Positions 31,341 to 34,472 of a DNA stretch of 34,472 bases are shown piece by piece (positions within the stretch are counted from its first letter, which is position 1; each line of letters starts with the position of its first letter). A program made the translations under genes and the position numbers. The notes beneath the pieces were generated by a model. That model did not search any database. It was not told the origin of the DNA and saw only the letters and a program-made list of their open reading frames with translations. This DNA comes from a virus (taxonomy: Duplodnaviria; Caudoviricetes). The stretch is taken from IMG/VR virus record IMGVR_UViG_3300044820_000076, positions 1 to 34,472 of that record. The stretch is one strand, 5' to 3'.

Positions 31341-34138
31341 CCACGGATGACGAACTGAAACATATTGGAGTTAAAAGACGTTCCGGCCGTTATCCTTGGG
31401 GTTCTGGAAATGACCCAGAACAAAGAGGCACAAGTTTTCTTGGAACCGTTGAGCAACTTCACAAGCAAGGTCTTTCCGAAGTTGAAATTGCCAGAGGTTT
31501 AGGGATTAAAACATCAGGTTTAAGATCCCAGAAAACGATTGATCTTGCTGCCAAGAAAGCAGCAGATGCGGCATTTGCCTATCGTTTAAGAGAAAAAGGA
31601 ATGTCAAAATCGGCAATCTCTAAACGAATGGGCATTAACGATCATACGGTTGCATCTCTTCTCAATCCATCAACACAAGCCCGAAATGCATCTTTAAAAA
31701 ATATATCAGATGTATTAAAGACATGCGCTGATGAAAGTCCATATGGAATTGATGTTGGCGCTCATGTTGAAAATCATCTCGGCGTTACTAATACCAAACT
31801 AAAAGTAGCCATCAAGATGCTTGAAGATCAAGGATATAAGATTCAATATCATGATGTCATTCAGAGTGGCACCGGTAAAAAGACTTCTCTTAAATATTTG
31901 GTAAAACCTGGAACAGATTGGAAAGATGTTGAAGCAAATAAAGAAAAAGTTCAACTTCCAGGTGCCCATTCTCAAGATTATGGCGTAACTTTGACTCCGC
32001 TTGAACCAGTTCGCCATATTGATAGTAAAAGGATTGAAGTTCGTTATGCTGAGGATGGTGGCAGTTTAAAAGATGGTGTTATTGAACTTCGTAAGGGTGT
32101 TCCAGAGTTAGCTCTATCAACTCATTATGCCCAAGTACGTATTGGTGTTGACGGGACCCATTTCATGAAAGGAATGGCCATATATACCGATAACATACCA
32201 GAAGGAAAAGATATCATCTACAACACTAATAAACCAAAAGGGTCTTCGAAAGATTTAATTTTCAAGCCTGTTAAAAAAGATAAACTGACGAAAGTAGTTG
32301 ATGAGACCAATCCTTTTAATGCCTCAATCACGCAAAGGCACTATATTGATGCTGATGGAAAAGAGCAATTGTCAGCTTTAAATTTGGTAGGCCAAGGAAC
32401 ACACATCAACGAAGAAGGTGCTTGGAGCAACTGGTCAAAAAGTTTATCGTCGCAAATCCTTTCAAAACAACTTCCAGAAGTAGCAAAAAAACAATTGGGT
32501 GAGGCATTAACAGAGAAACAGAAAAGTTTTGAAGAATTGCAATCTCTGACTAACCCAGTTGTAAAAAGAGTTCTACTTCAAAAATTTGCATCTGAATGTG
32601 ATTCTGGGGCTGTTGATTTAAAAGCTGCTGCTTTGCCACGACAGTCGTCGCATGTTTTGTTGCCTGTTGTTAGCCTGAAGGAAAATGAAGTATTTGCTCC
32701 TAATTTTGAAAATGGAGAATCTGTTGTTCTGATTAGGCATCCTCATGGAGGTCCTTTTGAGATACCAGAACTTATTGTAAACAATAAGAATCAAGAGGCT
32801 TTAAGTGTTTATGGAAAAGATGCAAAAGATATGGTTGGGATAAACCCAAAAGTTGCTGGAAAATTATCAGGAGCAGATTTTGATGGGGATGCGGTAATTG
32901 TTATTCCAAACGCTAATAAAAACATAAGGACGGAATCTTCTTTAAGAGGATTGAAAGGTTTTTCAACAACCGAGGCTTATCCTGAGTATCCAGGAATGCC
33001 AAAAATGAGTCCGAAAACAAAGCAGACCGAAATGGGTAATATTAGCAATCTTATTACTGATATGACGATTAAGGGAGCAAGTGATGACGAATTGGCAGCA
33101 GCAGTTCGTCATTCTATGGTTGTAATCGATGCCGAAAAGCATAATTTAAATTATAAGCAATCGGCATTGGATAACAATATTTCGTCATTAAAACTTAAGT
33201 ATCAGGGAAAGACAACTGGTGGAGCAGCAACCCTTATTTCAAGAGCTGGCTCTGATTTCAGAGTTCCTTTACGCAAAGATCAAGTTTTAACTGATCCTAC
33301 AACAGGAAAGAAGGTTTATCAATATATAACTGGCGAAACTTATATTAACGCCAAAGGGCATAAGGTTAAAGTAACAACGCCAGATATAAATATAGCGAAA
33401 GCCTCTCCAGGAGAAATATATGTCACTCAAAAATATAAAAAAGACCCCGTTACAGGGAAAAAAATATATTTAGAGGGACAATATAAGAGCATTAAACGGG
33501 AAACCAAAACAACGAAGATGGCACAAACTGAAGATGCCCGTACTTTGATTGGTTCCACAAACACAAGAATGGAAGTCATCTATGCTGATCACGCCAATGC
33601 TCTTAAAGATCTTGGAAATAAGGCTAGATTGTTATATCTTAATACCCCTGGTCTTTCTTACTCCCCCTCTGCTGCAAAGACTTATAGCAATGAAGTTAAA
33701 TCCCTAGATTCTAAGCTTAACGAAGCCTTCAAAAATGCCCCCCTAGAGCGTCACGCTCAGACTATCTCTGATAAGAAGATCAAGACAAAGATGCAGTCTA
33801 ATCCTGATATGGAACCTGATCAGATTAAGAAGTTAAGAGGACGCAGTCTTATAGAAGCACGTACTCTTGCAGGAGCAGGCAAGAAACCTGTTGAAATTAC
33901 TGACAGAGAATGGGAAGCCATACAAGCAGGTGCTATCTCTAACAATAAGTTAGTACAGATACTAAACAATACTAATGTTGATGCCCTAAAGCAGCGTGCG
34001 TTGCCTCATAGTACAGTAACTATTAGTGATGCCAGTGCATCTAGAGCAAGACAGATGCATGATTCAGGGCAATCAAGAGCAGAGATAGCATCAACCTTAG
34101 GCGTATCATTAAGTACAGTAGATAAGATTCTAGCATAA
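31337..34138 (+). CDS. Single-chain two-barrel RNA polymerase (YonO / cellular-RdRP-like) with N- and C-terminal HTH domains
   Basis: Catalytic GADFDGD (32876-32890), upstream 'LIRHP', 'QVRI....FMKGM' and 'VIDAEK'; HTHs 'SEVEIARGLGI', 'SKSAISKRMGI' and 'SRAEIASTLGVSLSTV'. Confidence 0.8.
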   Translation: MTTDDELKHIGVKRRSGRYPWGSGNDPEQRGTSFLGTVEQLHKQGLSEVEIARGLGIKTSGLRSQKTIDLAAKKAADAAFAYRLREKGMSKSAISKRMGINDHTVASLLNPSTQARNASLKNISDVLKTCADESPYGIDVGAHVENHLGVTNTKLKVAIKMLEDQGYKIQYHDVIQSGTGKKTSLKYLVKPGTDWKDVEANKEKVQLPGAHSQDYGVTLTPLEPVRHIDSKRIEVRYAEDGGSLKDGVIELRKGVPELALSTHYAQVRIGVDGTHFMKGMAIYTDNIPEGKDIIYNTNKPKGSSKDLIFKPVKKDKLTKVVDETNPFNASITQRHYIDADGKEQLSALNLVGQGTHINEEGAWSNWSKSLSSQILSKQLPEVAKKQLGEALTEKQKSFEELQSLTNPVVKRVLLQKFASECDSGAVDLKAAALPRQSSHVLLPVVSLKENEVFAPNFENGESVVLIRHPHGGPFEIPELIVNNKNQEALSVYGKDAKDMVGINPKVAGKLSGADFDGDAVIVIPNANKNIRTESSLRGLKGFSTTEAYPEYPGMPKMSPKTKQTEMGNISNLITDMTIKGASDDELAAAVRHSMVVIDAEKHNLNYKQSALDNNISSLKLKYQGKTTGGAATLISRAGSDFRVPLRKDQVLTDPTTGKKVYQYITGETYINAKGHKVKVTTPDINIAKASPGEIYVTQKYKKDPVTGKKIYLEGQYKSIKRETKTTKMAQTEDARTLIGSTNTRMEVIYADHANALKDLGNKARLLYLNTPGLSYSPSAAKTYSNEVKSLDSKLNEAFKNAPLERHAQTISDKKIKTKMQSNPDMEPDQIKKLRGRSLIEARTLAGAGKKPVEITDREWEAIQAGAISNNKLVQILNNTNVDALKQRALPHSTVTISDASASRARQMHDSGQSRAEIASTLGVSLSTVDKILA

Positions 34139-34148
34139 AGGAGATTAC

Positions 34149-34415
34149 ATGGCAGACGAACCAGTAATGTTAACAACAACAGACAATCCATACAATCCTT
34201 TTGTGCAATGGGATCTATGGCGTTCGTATGATGAAGGTCAAGGTTACTACACCTGCCCCTACCTGGCTAGGGTAGCCAAGACAAGTGATGACTTGAGTGA
34301 AACTGATCAAGAACAGGCCATCCTAGAAGCAATTGACAGCATCATCGCAACAAACATATTAGGAACTTACATAAAAGTAACTCCTTCTTACTTTAAAACG
34401 AATAAATCGACTTAA
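34149..34415 (+). CDS. Conserved-looking small acidic protein
   Basis: 'MLTT.DNPYNPF.QWD.W..YD...GY.T..YLAR'; AAGGAG RBS. Confidence 0.8.
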   Translation: MADEPVMLTTTDNPYNPFVQWDLWRSYDEGQGYYTCPYLARVAKTSDDLSETDQEQAILEAIDSIIATNILGTYIKVTPSYFKTNKST

Positions 34416-34438
34416 AAATGCATTAAAAGTGATAGGCG

Positions 34439-34464
34439 GGGGGGTCTCGTAAAACATACCCCCC
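34439..34464. repeat. G6/C6 inverted repeat at the window end
   Basis: GGGGGGT-CTCGTAAAACAT-ACCCCCC. Confidence 0.5.
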
Positions 34465-34472
34465 TTGCTTAT

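Noticed and set aside
31337-34138. RNA-dependent RNA polymerase or RNA virus origin
   Set aside because: The context is a dsDNA tailed phage; the motifs are two-barrel type rather than viral palm GDD, and the HTH domains point to a DNA template.

Overview
The window is a single-strand-coded (+) segment of a tailed dsDNA phage (siphovirus-type) genome. It has three blocks. (1) The tail module at 1-8.8 kb: chaperone, tail-completion protein, tape measure, Dit, Tal-like hub and baseplate/RBP. (2) A long accessory region at 8.8-24.3 kb of small, often membrane-anchored ORFs and three DUF6353-like paralogues. (3) A replication/transcription block at 24.5-34.4 kb: a putative origin, an SF3 helicase-AEP primase-PolB triple fusion, SSB, SF2 helicase, VRR-NUC, a PD-(D/E)XK nuclease and a 933-aa single-chain two-barrel (DFDGD) RNA polymerase with terminal HTH domains. 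The most striking non-genic structure is a motif, CTCGY-N15-TATAAT-GAAA, present in 13 clear copies plus one degenerate copy. Each copy heads a self-contained cassette that carries either a tiny membrane protein plus a homologous terminator, or no ORF at all but a stem-closed structured RNA. Other notable features are a phage-encoded Flp pilin missed by the ORF track, an atypical tRNA-like element with a structured leader, an in-frame internal start that could release a stand-alone DNA polymerase, and apparently inactive prohead-protease-like and terminase-ATPase-like mini-proteins. All family calls come from motif recognition by eye; no database search or folding program was run.
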